Source: Ramazzottius varieornatus
Taxonomy: Eukaryota; Animalia; Tardigrada
Length of the DNA stretch: 64,000 bases
Direction: 5' to 3'
Assembly (NCBI GenBank): GCA_001949185.1
Contig: BDGG01000006.1
Location: 2,152,827-2,216,826 of the forward strand
A program made the position numbers and the translations under genes. Each line of letters opens with the position of its first letter. The stretch's first letter is position 1. This document shows, in pieces, positions 24,322 to 35,980 of this stretch. A model generated the notes under the pieces. The model ran no database searches. It was not told the DNA's origin and worked only from the letters and a program-made list of their open reading frames with translations.

Positions 24322-26422
24322 TTAAAGATAAATATCAGAAGTGCAATCGCCGCCTGGATAACGGACTTCATGAGCGCGGATAGCGCCGTCCGGTTCTTTG
24401 CTGAGGTCCACGAAGAATTCTTCGTCGACGGTCATACCTGCGTCCGAACAGTTGAGCATTATGATGCAGGTTCCTTCTCTGCAAGCACATCGGGGGTACG
24501 TCACATAAACTGAGTTTCCGGTTTCTTACGGTTTCGTCAGAGTGGCTCAATGTAAGGTACCTGCAGGCTTCCGGGTAAAACTGCTGGTCCCATGGATTCA
24601 ACAAGGAGAACGTGACGTAGAGCCTCTTACCGTCTTTCGACAATTGCAACATGTTCGGCGAGCCTCTAAAACAAGCCGGGGATGTCAAGACAATAGCGAC
24701 TCAATCTATATCCATTGCCTTCCTTTGTTTTCGTACTGAGTACTAACCGGACAACAGTCTCCTTGATTATCAGGCGTTCCGGCTGTTCTTCTAACTCGAG
24801 ATCTTCTGTCACTTTTACGCCCTCCCCTTTACAGATGCTTCCACCACAGAACACCTACGGACAAAATCAAAATAAAGGCTAAAAGGCGCCTCGATGTACT
24901 CTGCTCTTCGTCCCGTATCAGGCACTCCCCAATCCGTACCTGAGACACCTGTTTGGGCTTGCTTGTGTCAGTGATGTCATACTGCCGCACATCACCGTGC
25001 AGGAAGTTCGCGAGATACAAGTACTTGTCGTCCAACGAGATCAAGATATCCGTGATTAATGCTAAAAGGGCTCACAGTGAAGAAAGTACTTTTCGAGGCT
25101 GCGAGCACAAGCAAAAGACTAATGCTCGGAACTACTTACAAGGCATTGCGGGTAGCATCCATCCCTCGACCTTCTTCGGTGGGATCTGAACAACATTCGA
25201 CGCAGTCCAATATCCGAACTGCCAAATGATAAGAAGGAGTCCAAATTACTGGTGTTCGATACAGCAACAGGAGCTCGACGTCAAAACCAATCTTTCACAA
25301 CTTACAAAGTTTTTGTGGATACGAAAGATACTGGATCCCAGAGCGGCTGCTACGAAGCCTTCTTCGGCGTCCGGGTTGTGCAAAAATCTGAGCTCCAGTG
25401 GGATCTTACCTGACGCTCCCAAATCTTTCGACGAAGACAGCGTGCCTTTCTTCCAGTCCCAAAAGTTGAGCTTGCTACCGTAATCCCCTTTCGCTACATC
25501 TTTTGGATCGAAGCATTTCATGAAAGAATTCGGTACCCCGAACTCACTGGAGACCATTAGGTTGCATTTTGGTTGGTACCAAAAATCGTAACCTTGATCC
25601 GCATCCTTCTTGTTCCATAGCCCGACGGGTTCGAATGTGGTACCATCCAACAACAGAAAAGCTCCACGAGCCTTGCCTACGAGGACCAAAATTGGATAGA
25701 AGCTCGGTAAATAACTCGACAAGATATTCATTCCCAACTCCCTAATGGCGCACGCCTTCAGTGTATATTGTTTGAAATCGTACGCTACCTGGGAACTCAG
25801 TGAAGTCTTTTGTTCAGTGGCGCACGGTCACATCTTTATTGGCTAGAAGCGTGCGCCAGTTGGATAAGCGAACGTGTTCTTTTGGCGAGCTCTCAGGTGT
25901 ATCATAGTTTCAACTACTGCACCATCTTTTTTCGTCTTGTTTATTACCTTCAGCGTCACCCATGTACGAGATCATAACTTGGCCCGAAGGGATACAGTGT
26001 GTAGTATGCGGATATGTCAGGTTGAACCGATCAGCGATGTCTCTCCCGGACATGACTTTACTGATCGACAGCTTGACTGGGTCGATGGTGTCCACGATAT
26101 AAATGTTACCGGACTTCAGGACTGGAATGATGAGATAACGCCGCTTGATGGCCGGGTCCGTGCAGCTAACACAGCTGTTCCAGCCAAAATGATGGACTTC
26201 ATCGTTGAGATCCTGGGTGTAGAGTCGGTGGAGGACGGTACTGTATGTGGGGGAAGAGGGATCGGCGTCGACGGTGGCGATGTAGTCGCAGACTGTCTTT
26301 CGGTTTTCTGGGGACTGAAGGCACAAAACGTAGAGAACCTTCTCGGGAGGATCATTCATGGCTTCCAGAGGAGTCTTTCTGGGTCCTGAATAGCAGCATG
26401 ATTCGGGATCTGGCGGTGCCAT
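24322..26422 (-). CDS. SELENBP1: Selenium-binding protein 1 / methanethiol oxidase, ~471 aa
   Basis: Exons 26422-25948, 25676-25306, 25218-25140, 25061-24940, 24854-24748, 24665-24561 and 24478-24322 (1416 nt). Motifs [78 protein letters not shown] and [15 protein letters not shown]. Confidence 0.96.
25743..25863. repeat. Double-hairpin repeat family copy in SELENBP1 intron 1
   Basis: ggcgcacggtcacatctttattggctagaagcgtgcgccagttgga aligns with ggcgcacgcttttattgttattggctgaaaaggtgcgcaacttgga in GPCR intron 1. It is preceded by a second, more decayed unit. Confidence 0.65.
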
Positions 26423-26910
26423 TTTTCAAGCAGTCGGCTGCTGCAGATGGAAAAATGTCCTTTTATGAGCGCTGATCTGAACAGCAGATGGAAGGGAAAC
26501 TGTGAAAGCCCTACAACTGGAAATACCGCTAAACACTGTCAGCTGTGACAACTATAACCTACATACGCTCATTCGAATGCAATACGTTGTAAATTTTGCC
26601 GTACAATGTTCACAGTACGAGAAGCAAGGTCTTACTTTGATCAACGTACAACTTTGCTCACCATACGTCACGAGTTGTGTGCAGGCTTCTTACGAGGGAC
26701 CCTTCAGACCATGTCACTCGTCGATCACGAAACCGATGCTTTTATGAGATAGCTGAGGCCCTTAGCTCTCTACAAAGTATCGGGAGGACCGGCGAATAAC
26801 CACTTCCTGGAACTGGAGGAAATCTCGAAGGTGCCTCGTCCACCGTAGAACCCGTGTTATAGCCTGTATAGCGTTACACAAGACGATCCAAAAACTGGTC
26901 CGTTATCTAA

Positions 26911-27156
26911 GGAAACTCCAGATTTCACTTGCGGAGGGTAAAAAGTGATGTTTCGAACCTCATACGGGCTGCCACCAACGAGAAGCGAACTTTACGGGAA
27001 AACTTTTTTCCGCAGTTGATAATACGTATTGCGGCGCTGTAACCGCTTCCGTCGGAAACTACAGAAAATAATTTCAACAGGAGTTTGGTCATTCCTCACT
27101 GTTATGAGGTTCGGAATATCATTTTACACTGTCCGCACGTGAAATCTAGAGTTTCC
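26911..27156. mobile_element. MITE with ~55-bp TIRs, TTAA-like flanks
   Basis: ggaaactccagatttcacttgcgga...cgaacctcata is mirrored by tatgaggttcgg...tccgcacgtgaaatctagagtttcc. Flanks are ctaa and ttaa. GG..CC termini with a TTAA target would fit Kolobok-type elements (inference). Confidence 0.8.
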
Positions 27157-29192
27157 TTAAGCTCTGTTTCATCTACCGATGGGTGGTACTTTTAGCCTCC
27201 TGGCCAACCCATCCAGCATTTTTTATGGATTCTTTTACGGCCATAGTCCATAGTTCGCGATGCGAGTCAACCTGGCTGTTTTAGAAAGTTAAGATCAGCT
27301 CTTGATCATCCCGCTACGGGGGAAGTCCAACTGATGGGATCTCTGATCCTCAGTATGCAGAGCTCCTCGTACACGTACTACGATGGGATATTATGGGACA
27401 ATAAATGGTATGGGACAGACCTTTTGGCTATGGCGGTACGGAAGCACGTACGTACACGGTTGATTCTCTAGTACAATTTTCGACGCTTCTCTACGCTTGG
27501 TTTCCCGTTCTGCGGTCCTTTCCGACCGTCCCATAATTTCCCATCGTGCGTGTACGGCTTGAACATAGTACGACATACATAGTAGTGCACGGTGCAGTTG
27601 GATTGTTTCGCGTACATATCGTAAATGCGTCAACATCACGAACATCAACACTTCATCTTTCCAACGAGTACGTGTCTGATGCATGCATATGATATCCAAC
27701 ACTGACAGTGCGGTGGTGCTTCGCCGAATTACTAGGACGCGCTGATCATAAACACGCCAGATCTCTTCGCGACGATACTGGCAGTAAGGTGCCTGTTTTA
27801 TACTAATCGAGTGTCTGATGTTTCCGATCTGGGTTCATGCTTCGGAATTCCCAGTTCGTCTCCTAGGTGAGAGGTCCCCGGGCGAATTGAGGAAGCTACG
27901 GGGCTCACTTGGCGCCCTCTGTAACCTTAAGACTCTGACGCAGCACTCCAGTCTCCAATGGTCTTTCCATAGCACCTCGCTAAGACACATCCAGAAGTCT
28001 GGAATTTTGAGCAGATTACCAGTCCCATGGATCAAACGATGAGAAGCCCGTTAAAAATATTGTAGAAATTTGTCACGAAGAAGTCGGAAGAAAGGAGGGG
28101 TTTCAGGCGAAGGAAAACCTACGCACAAAACTTAGTAGAAACCTATGGGCGCGTCCCGGCAACCTCAAATACTGTAGATTAGGCGAAGCACTGAAGTTTG
28201 CGACCACAGATTGACACGTCAAAAGTCGAAAAAAGTATCGGACACATGCGCTTTAGGCGAGCTCATAGATCATTGTTAGCGGAGAGACTTTTTTCTTCCT
28301 CTCCGCAAAAATAGAGACTCGATCGATGTCACGACTTTTCTTGAGCGGGACGTTCTTCGTTTTCTCCTCTGTGTATCCCATCCTCCCCCTCCCCCCCGAC
28401 TGCCCGGCTTATCGCACGATAAGGAGAAAGAGTCGTCATCACTCTATCCCCGCCCAGTGTTTGCTAAGTTCCTTCGGACCAGCAGCACGCGCTCCGCTCA
28501 TCACTACCGACACATTCACCTCAACTAACGGTCTTCCTTTCACTGATCTACAGGAATGTCTCGACGACAACTGACACGCTTGAATCAAACGGGTTCCGAG
28601 CTCAGAGCCCGAAAATTCAGCCTTGCAGGTGTTGCTGTCAATGTTGGTCAAGTGGGAGCCGAAGTCTTTGGACTCATGGTTAAATACCTGTGAGTATTCA
28701 GTTCTCATGGTGTCACCAGATCACTCACAGTACCGGCAAACCCTGCCAACGCGATGCCATATTTTGCGGTGAGGTAATCTTTGCTATTGTCCAAAATCTG
28801 TCTCGTTGATCCATTCAAAAGACTCATCCTTCACGCGAATATATTTTATAGTGGGTCATGGACGCGGAAAATGGCAGCCACGCAACTCGTACTCGGGTAT
28901 TCGTTAATGGACGAAGTCTACACAGTCTTGGAATCCATCTTCGGCTTCCCTAACCTCGAGACCTATCAAGTTTACCATTCTTACAACAGAGGCTACTCAG
29001 TGCGACCCTTCCATGAGGATTATGACAGGACTGGTGCCGTCTAAAACTATAGCCCAAAAACACTACCAGTGCTGCGGCCCTGACCGAGATACCCTTTCCT
29101 TGCGCTGGTTACAACGCGCTGCAGCGTGATCGATTCAAAGTACACTACGTCGACTATTCAATTCAATCGAGCTTGATCAATACTGCACTGGC

Positions 29193-29218
29193 TTTATTTA
29201 TTTATTTATTTATTTATT
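29193..29218. repeat. (TTTA)n microsatellite
   Basis: tttatttatttatttatttatttatt, about 6.5 units. Confidence 0.9.
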
Positions 29219-29246
29219 GATGATGAGCGACCATCAGGATAAGCTT

Positions 29247-29386
29247 CTGGCCCAATTACCGGCCAGCACAAAATTCTCGGCCACTGGGCGAAAGCGCCAA
29301 CCGCCAGCAAAACTGATCAATCAACCGGAGCAATGCCGCTTGCGGCTGGTGGCCGGAAATTTGGTTCAGGCCGGTAACTGGGCCAG
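29247..29386. repeat. 140-bp palindromic element (MITE-like)
   Basis: ctggcccaattaccggccagcacaaaattctcggccac is mirrored by gtggccggaaatttggttcaggccggtaactgggccag. No TSD seen. Confidence 0.7.
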
Positions 29387-30792
29387 GCGCGTGTACTTCG
29401 GCTCCGAGTTATGTTCATTTTTCTCTTCCAGAAAGGAGTTTTCCTGTTCCGGTATAAGCATGTTTAATACAGAAACTTGAGAGATGGTAATTGTCACGTA
29501 GCTTGCGTACCAGATCAATCGGGCGAAGAACGCACATTGTCCTAACTCCTAAGTAGTCAGCATTGTCAGAACGAGAAAGGCAAGGTCTGAGGTTCGAACT
29601 GAAACTGTAATACAAAGTTTACAAACAACGTAGACCTGCCTCGCTTATCACACAGTTACCGACTGGCACTCGTGCGGTGCGCGCAGCAAATTTGCGAGAC
29701 ATCGTTCAGACTGACAGACGGTCTTGAAAGACCATCGCGTTCCGACTCAAACACTGGGTGGTCATCAATCATGGATTTTGCGCTAGCGGTCTCCAAACCG
29801 TGTTCGAAAACGCCAGTTCAAGTCATGTTTCCGGTACGTAACGTACAGCCACGGCTTCAGTACGGCCATGCCCAACGTTCTCATTCAGTCGCGTGGCTTT
29901 CAACCGCCCACCTTGCCCAAAGGACATAGCTCGCCGATCTTGACTTTGCTGATGGTGTTGACCAGTACACCGCAATTATGAAGAGTAATTTCGTTGTTAG
30001 TCGGCGCAGTAGACATGGTTTCGAAGCTAAATCATTACAGCTTATGCAAAAGAAAAACAAGAAGTGTCTGGAAATATTCGCCCGTAAAACAAGCTGAGGC
30101 TTAATATGCGAAACCTTGCATGGTACACGTCGACAGACCATCAGCTTGGGATGGGATACAATTGAAATTAACAGGGAAACTACGACGAACCTCCTACAAG
30201 AGTACTTGAAGATGTATGCGTGTGTTGGAAGTGAATTGCTGAAAACGTTGGACGTTCTCCGTGGTGGGAACATTTTGCTGTTTTCCGTTGGAAGTTTGCT
30301 GAGCTACCAGCAATATGATTTGCAACGAACGCAACGATATGTGTTACAAACTCAGGAAACAATAAAATAAACTTGCCTCGTTTATCATAGTGGTGGCTGT
30401 CGTGGTGTGCGCAACAAATTTACAGACCAACACACAGACACACTGCCAGACAACACACCTTTTGCGTTCCGACCCCAGCCTGGGTTATCATTAATCACTA
30501 GGTTTGCATCGAAGGAATATTCTAGAACTGCCATACCGAACGTGTTTCAGATCGTGTGCAAGTATGGCCGATGCCCCTCTCGGACGCATGGATCTCGGAC
30601 GCAGTAGTATATCATTTCCGCGACGGTAAAACCTGTATAGTCATAAAGCGCATTTTCTTGCTTAGCTATGTTTCATACATTTCTGTCTGAAAAAGCTCTT
30701 TGGTGGGAAATTTCCGTACAATACAGCCAAGACGATCATCTCAGTTCGTTGCGGTTGTTATTTCCCAAACACAGCGACGCCTGTGTTTCCAA

Positions 30793-31909
30793 ATGGAGGC
30801 TTATCATTTTCTGATAGGGATTTTCTGTGACTTCCTCGTCCTCACATTTGCCGGTAAGTTTATAGTAACTTAATTCAGTATGGACGACCAAGGTCGAGGG
30901 TCGCCGTAGGATCGGCTGCGACTGCACAATATGAATTACACTTCGTCATTTCTTTTTCTGTAGACGTAGCCCGACATGGATCCTTCAAAGCGAAGAACTC
31001 GATCAGCGACTACAAGTCTTCAGACCTCTCTTCTTCCGGAACCAACAGTACTTTTGGCGCGCCCTTCTTCTCGCCTGGTTTCCCAACTGATAATAATGGC
31101 TGCTTCCCGAACATCATCCGTGACGCCGTACCAGCCAACATGCTCGAAGTAAGCTGGTGCTCAATTATTCCAGTCGTCGTGACGGTCGTATGCCTCATGT
31201 CCGATAGTCACCATGTGGGTTTTTCGAGCAGAAGCTGGGCACTTACTATGAATATCGAAGCAAATTTGTACCAGCACAAAGCTTCAACGCCATGTTTACC
31301 AACATCCTCGTAGAACCCGGCCTGATCTACGCACCAAGTACCACCATCCCATCGGTCCACGCCATCCAATACTACACCTTCCTGACTCGGGAGAACGGTC
31401 CGCAGTGTCACGTATTCTATCAAGATGTTATTGGCAGAGATGATGGAACTTACTATTTTACTTCGTTCTCGGACGACTACGCTCCCGCTAATCCACGTAA
31501 GCGCTGTGCTCAAATCCACTTTCTACTGGTTTCCCACTGAATCAACCATTCATGCATGTCGGTTTCAGTGACGGAAGTACTATACTACCTCTACAACGAC
31601 AACGACAGTGAAAATGGCTTCGAAATTTTGTATGAATGCGCCGCTCAGAACTACAGAACGGGAATCTGCGAGGCTACGGACATCTTCATCAGCACAAGGA
31701 AGGACCCACGGCTGATGACGGCAAAAGAGATGAGCACGATCGACACCATCACCGACCGCGTGCTGGCACCGTACTGCTTGAGTACGAAGGACCTGCAGCG
31801 AGTTATCTTTCGCAACGACCTACTGGACTGTAACCAGCTGGCTCCTGATACTTTCATCGAGCTGGTGGCAGGTTTCAATATCTCACTGCCACGAAGAGAG
31901 CTGAATTAA
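30793..31909 (+). CDS. Secreted lipocalin/ApoD-like protein, ~283 aa (291 aa with the upstream acceptor)
   Basis: Exons 30793-30853 (signal peptide MEAYHFLIGIFCDFLVLTFA), 30964-31148, 31232 (or 31208)-31496 and 31569-31909. Introns GT-AG with consistent phases. KLGTYYEYR resembles SCR1, YLYNDND..FEILYEC resembles SCR2, and IFISTR resembles SCR3. Several Cys. The gene model is solid; the family call is by motif resemblance. Confidence 0.8.
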
Positions 31910-34308
31910 TTCACGCACTCCATAATGTCAAACACGATAATATCGAAGCATGTGATTAGAATGTGTATGACGAACGGATACTATGGTTTCCCCGATACTA
32001 TATCTCCGCCACTTGTAAGCCCAGTGTGCCACCTAGAACTTATGGTTCTCGTACAGCTTGGTGTTGGTGGAGTTATGGGAAAACACAGCACATCTCTGAG
32101 ACTAGTTAGACTTAAAAGATGCAATACACTTATCTGATAGAAATACAGTATACAAATAGACGAAAGAAAGTGTATTCGGGACTAGAGAAAAAGCAGTAAA
32201 CCAGTATGAAACGTGATAGAATTGATCGTACGAAATACGCTATATATACTGTAGAAAAGCGGAGCGAGGAATATCGAACAATCGATTTCGCACTTTCCCG
32301 GTTCGCTTCGGTGGCAGCTTAAGCATGGCGGAGATCACACCCTTGACCAGGCCGCATCCGCGGTACCCACAATGTTGTCGATCTACCCGGAATCCACTTT
32401 CCCGGTTTAGATGCGTAGTGGTGTACAGCGGCTTGCTTAAGCTCGTCCGCCGACATCTTGACCGCCGACAGTAGCATTTCCGACACGTTCTCCTTGTTTA
32501 CACCTGCGATCAGCGTTTCTTCGCAGAAATCTTACAGATCAAGGATCTCGTTCTTTTTAGCGACAACGATGAGCGCCTTCGCGTTTCCGGCCAGGTTTTA
32601 GAGGAAGCTGTAGTACATGAAATGCAGCATGGCAGCGAGGATATCCGAGGAAACTTCTGGGAGGATACAGCGACGCGTCCGACGTTCTCCCAGGTCCGAT
32701 TCGAACATGCGGCAGAAGACCGGCCAAGCGCTGTTCAAGATAGCCTTGTGTACATGACATTCTGCGCGGCTGCGCCATCAGAGGACACCAACACGAAGTC
32801 TCCACCCACATTGGGGTTATACATGAAACGGTTCATGTTCTACAGGGGTAACGGAAGGTACTAGGTTTCATACTCTCGAGTTCAGGTGGTAGCATCTTTG
32901 TGAGTTTCAATTTGGCTTGAATTTTCAGTACGTCGCTTCTGAGCGATATCGCTGGGCTTGTACCTCGAATATCGGAATGCATGATCGCCAGTGCACCATA
33001 CAAAAGCGATTGTCCGCCTTCCTGCTTGCCAGTCTTTCCAGAAGCCGTCATGCCACTAGAAAGAAGCCTTTGACGTCGCTGCGTCCAAAGCGCTGAAACA
33101 CCGAAGATGGAAAATCTTCTAACTGACGGAAGTTGCCGCGCGTTGGGAAAGCTACTGGGCTACATGTGAAACATATCCGCTTACTTGATCATGAATTTCT
33201 TCTGAAAGTGCCCGCTTCTGTTTTTTTTTCTCCAGTTCTGTTGCACAATCGCGTAGAAGCAGTCAGGAAAAACGTTGCCAGATTTTGCCCCAACCTGATA
33301 CAGCTGAAAAACCTGAACATACCAGGTCGAGGCCAAAGAGCCAGTGGAGCGGAACAGACGGGTTACCTCTGTAGCTTCAGCAATGAGAACCGAAGAACAG
33401 TCAGATCCATACTGAATGCAACAGGTCCCGAAACTGTGACCACTGTCTGCTCGGTGGTTAGGGCAGCCCTTCTATCCGGTTGAGTCAGGATCCAGTTCAA
33501 AACAGGGACGTTAACATGTGACTGGTTAACCAGGTGATAGAAGTTAGACTTTCTGGCTATCAAACTCTCCGCAAAACGAGCCAACGTTCTCTCCACCTTG
33601 TGGCGTTGTTTGGTGCGTGTGCTTGGTTGGCAGTTGATCATTCGCCCATCAAGTTTGTTAGTTCTGGTTGCGACAATGGAGTACAGACAGCCTCCAGTGC
33701 GTTTTCTCGCGTAGCAAATCTGAAATTTCAATCCGAATAAATATAAACTTTAATACTATGTAAGGTACATCTTATTGAAGCTGATTTCTGTTCGGATTAC
33801 CACACGAACAAACATACTTGACCGTAATCATTCAGTAAGGAATACCGATAGTAAAACAAAAATATACAGTATATGAAAGCTTTAGACTACCTTTTCTAAA
33901 TCAGAACAACTCCGAAATTCCTTTCTGTCTGGTTGGTCTGTCATATGGTGAAAGTCGCTGTATTGTGCTTCGTAGAATGTCTGCAAATCTCCTTTGGTCA
34001 CGGTTTACGGCTGATTACTGACTCTCTTTTCGCCGATCTGGCTACGGCTCTACCCACTAGGAGAACCCGTCATGGATAGAGATATGGCGGTTTCAATCCG
34101 AGAAGCCCTGCCTGGGAACAGGGCCGAATTTCGCTGCCACGGTTTCCGACTACCTTGGAGTATACTCCGTTGGCGAGTAGTCTCTCTGTGCGTTACCAAT
34201 TTCAGATTCGTTCTCAACTCGGGTTTTGTTTGATAGTGCCACTGTGTACGGCAGTGTTCAAGCAAACGAACAACTTCGATCGACGAGGTAGAATGGGCGG
34301 AATAGGTA

Positions 34309-34433
34309 CTGTATACTCTCCCGAAATCACGTACGTCACTCCATTCAGAGTGTAAAACTAGAGAAAGAGTTCTCATACGGTGACCATAACAGTCTGAATC
34401 AGTGACGTACGTGAATTTCGGGAGAGCATACAG
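34309..34433. mobile_element. 125-bp MITE with TA target duplication (Tc1/mariner-type)
   Basis: TA|ctgtatactctcccgaaatcacgtacgtcact ... agtgacgtacgtgaatttcgggagagcatacag|TA. Confidence 0.8.
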
Positions 34434-34558
34434 TATAGGTAACAGATTGCTAAACCACGATGGGACTGTCAGCAGTAACGCTGCGGCTAGAAATTTCCAC
34501 GGAGGGTACTACTCCGGCCGAGCACAGCGAGGAAACCGTTCGGTCGGGGGTTTGCACT

Positions 34559-34807
34559 TAGTGGTGGCCCATTGAATTTAAATTCTGTTTAGCAGATGGA
34601 AATTCACATGTCTAGCCTCGGCGTGGGAGCAAACCGATAATCGGGCCGGGACGAATTTGGATATGGACCGAGTAGTTAATTCTGGCATATTCCTCAAAAG
34701 CTCCGTTCGATTTTTTAGTGCAATCCAACCCGACCTGACGGTTCGGGGCCGCCAGACATTTGTTTTCCAACTGCTAAACAGAATTAAAATTCAATGGGCC
34801 ACGGCTG
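34559..34807. mobile_element. hAT-like MITE
   Basis: ~55-bp TIRs: tagtggtggcccattgaatttaaattctgtttagcag / ctgctaaacagaattaaaattcaatgggccacggctg. 8-bp TSD tttgcact (34551-34558) / tttgcagt (34808-34815). Confidence 0.85.
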
Positions 34808-35364
34808 TTTGCAGTAACGTCAGACTTGTAGAGCAAGGCAAAGCGCCAAGATTCAGGAACCAAGCGAACATGGGCCCGACAAACTGCCGGCGATAATTGT
34901 GCGTGATCTGGGTGAAGACACGTTTTCTTCGCGCCAACGAAAAATCCCTTCATTATAGAAAAGGCGTTCGTGCGGAAAATCGGATTACAAAGTATCATTT
35001 AGCTGATCTGGCGGGATTGCCCCTGTACGACCTTGCACCTGGTGTATTCTAGCGTGGCTTTCGTCCTACGGACAACACTTTCTTCAACAGGGTTTGCTTC
35101 TGTATACACTTCACACGGTTGATCTAATTATCATGCGCGATCAGCGGTTCTTCATCTCTTCCGTTCCACTGTCATGCAAGTTAATAAAAAAATTTCCAAG
35201 AATTGCTTTGCTTGAAAAACGGAGGAGCGAGCCTCTGAAGAAAGCCGGACTTACTTTCATAGCTCGGTGAAAAAGCCAAAGGGAAATATGAGCAGATACG
35301 AAACTTGATCTTTTTCGCGTGCGTCCATCCAGTGTTTCGCTCAGCAAAGCATGAAAAGAGTAGG

Positions 35365-35372
35365 TATAAATA
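35365..35372 (+). promoter_or_regulatory. Candidate TATA box of the small secreted-protein gene
   Basis: tataaata ~80 nt upstream of the ATG at 35447, with a cagt initiator-like sequence ~30 nt downstream. Confidence 0.5.
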
Positions 35373-35446
35373 CTGGACAGTAGGCTTTCCTCCCGCACAG
35401 TACGCTGACATTTGTAATATGAGGAAGTGCCCTTCGCCTTCCGGAA

Positions 35447-35980
35447 ATGACTTCCACGTTGAGTTTTCCGCAGTCCCGATCCTATACTTCCCTGATGTTG
35501 CTCTCCGTACTCTTGTTGAGCGTTCTGAGCTTCATGGTTGCAAGTCCTCTTCCTCCGGGACTGACGAAGAACAAGCACGTGGCGATATCCGGCTACGATC
35601 GACAGGTGGCAGAAGGTATGCAAAAAGAATACACTATGTGCAGCCGTATTTCGTGATTTCGTCTTTCTTCGGATTCGGAAAAACCAGCCGAGTCACGAGT
35701 CATAGCTCGTGCGGAGATATCTTCAGTTGATATGTAATAATGATCACGGAGCCAAAACACTTGTTAGAGGTTACAGTATCATTTCTGTACTGTTCCAGGT
35801 GAAATGGCTCCTCGGCGAAAAAGGCAGGTCAACTCATCGTCCATCGAAGCTCCTGAGTTAGGCAGTACCGAGGCGATGGACAAGAAAGGTGCGGTGCCTG
35901 AAGTTGACACTTCGAATGAGGTGAAAGATTCTCCGGGCGAGGATGTCGATGACGACGTGGTCGATTTTGACGCACAGTAA
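35447..35980 (+). CDS. Small secreted prepropeptide (116 aa, or 100 aa from the Met at 35495) with RRKR furin site
   Basis: Exon 1 is 35447-35615 (donor g|gtatgc) and exon 2 is 35799-35980 (acceptor tgttccag); phase 1 is consistent. Hydrophobic signal MLLSVLLLSVLSFMVA-SP, RRKR at 35813-35824 followed by Q and an acidic tail. Upstream TATA; aataaa just after the stop and again near 36126. Confidence 0.75.

Noticed and set aside
28480-29044. F-box-like remnant or small gene
   Set aside because: In-frame stops and only vague resemblance; no supported exon chain.
29930-30370. Chemoreceptor-like C-terminal fragment
   Set aside because: Similarity too weak, and no hydrophobic helices where expected.
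35447-35980. Propeptide as the ligand of the nearby RYamide-type GPCR
   Set aside because: No RY-G or RW-G amidation motif and no Gly before a dibasic site.
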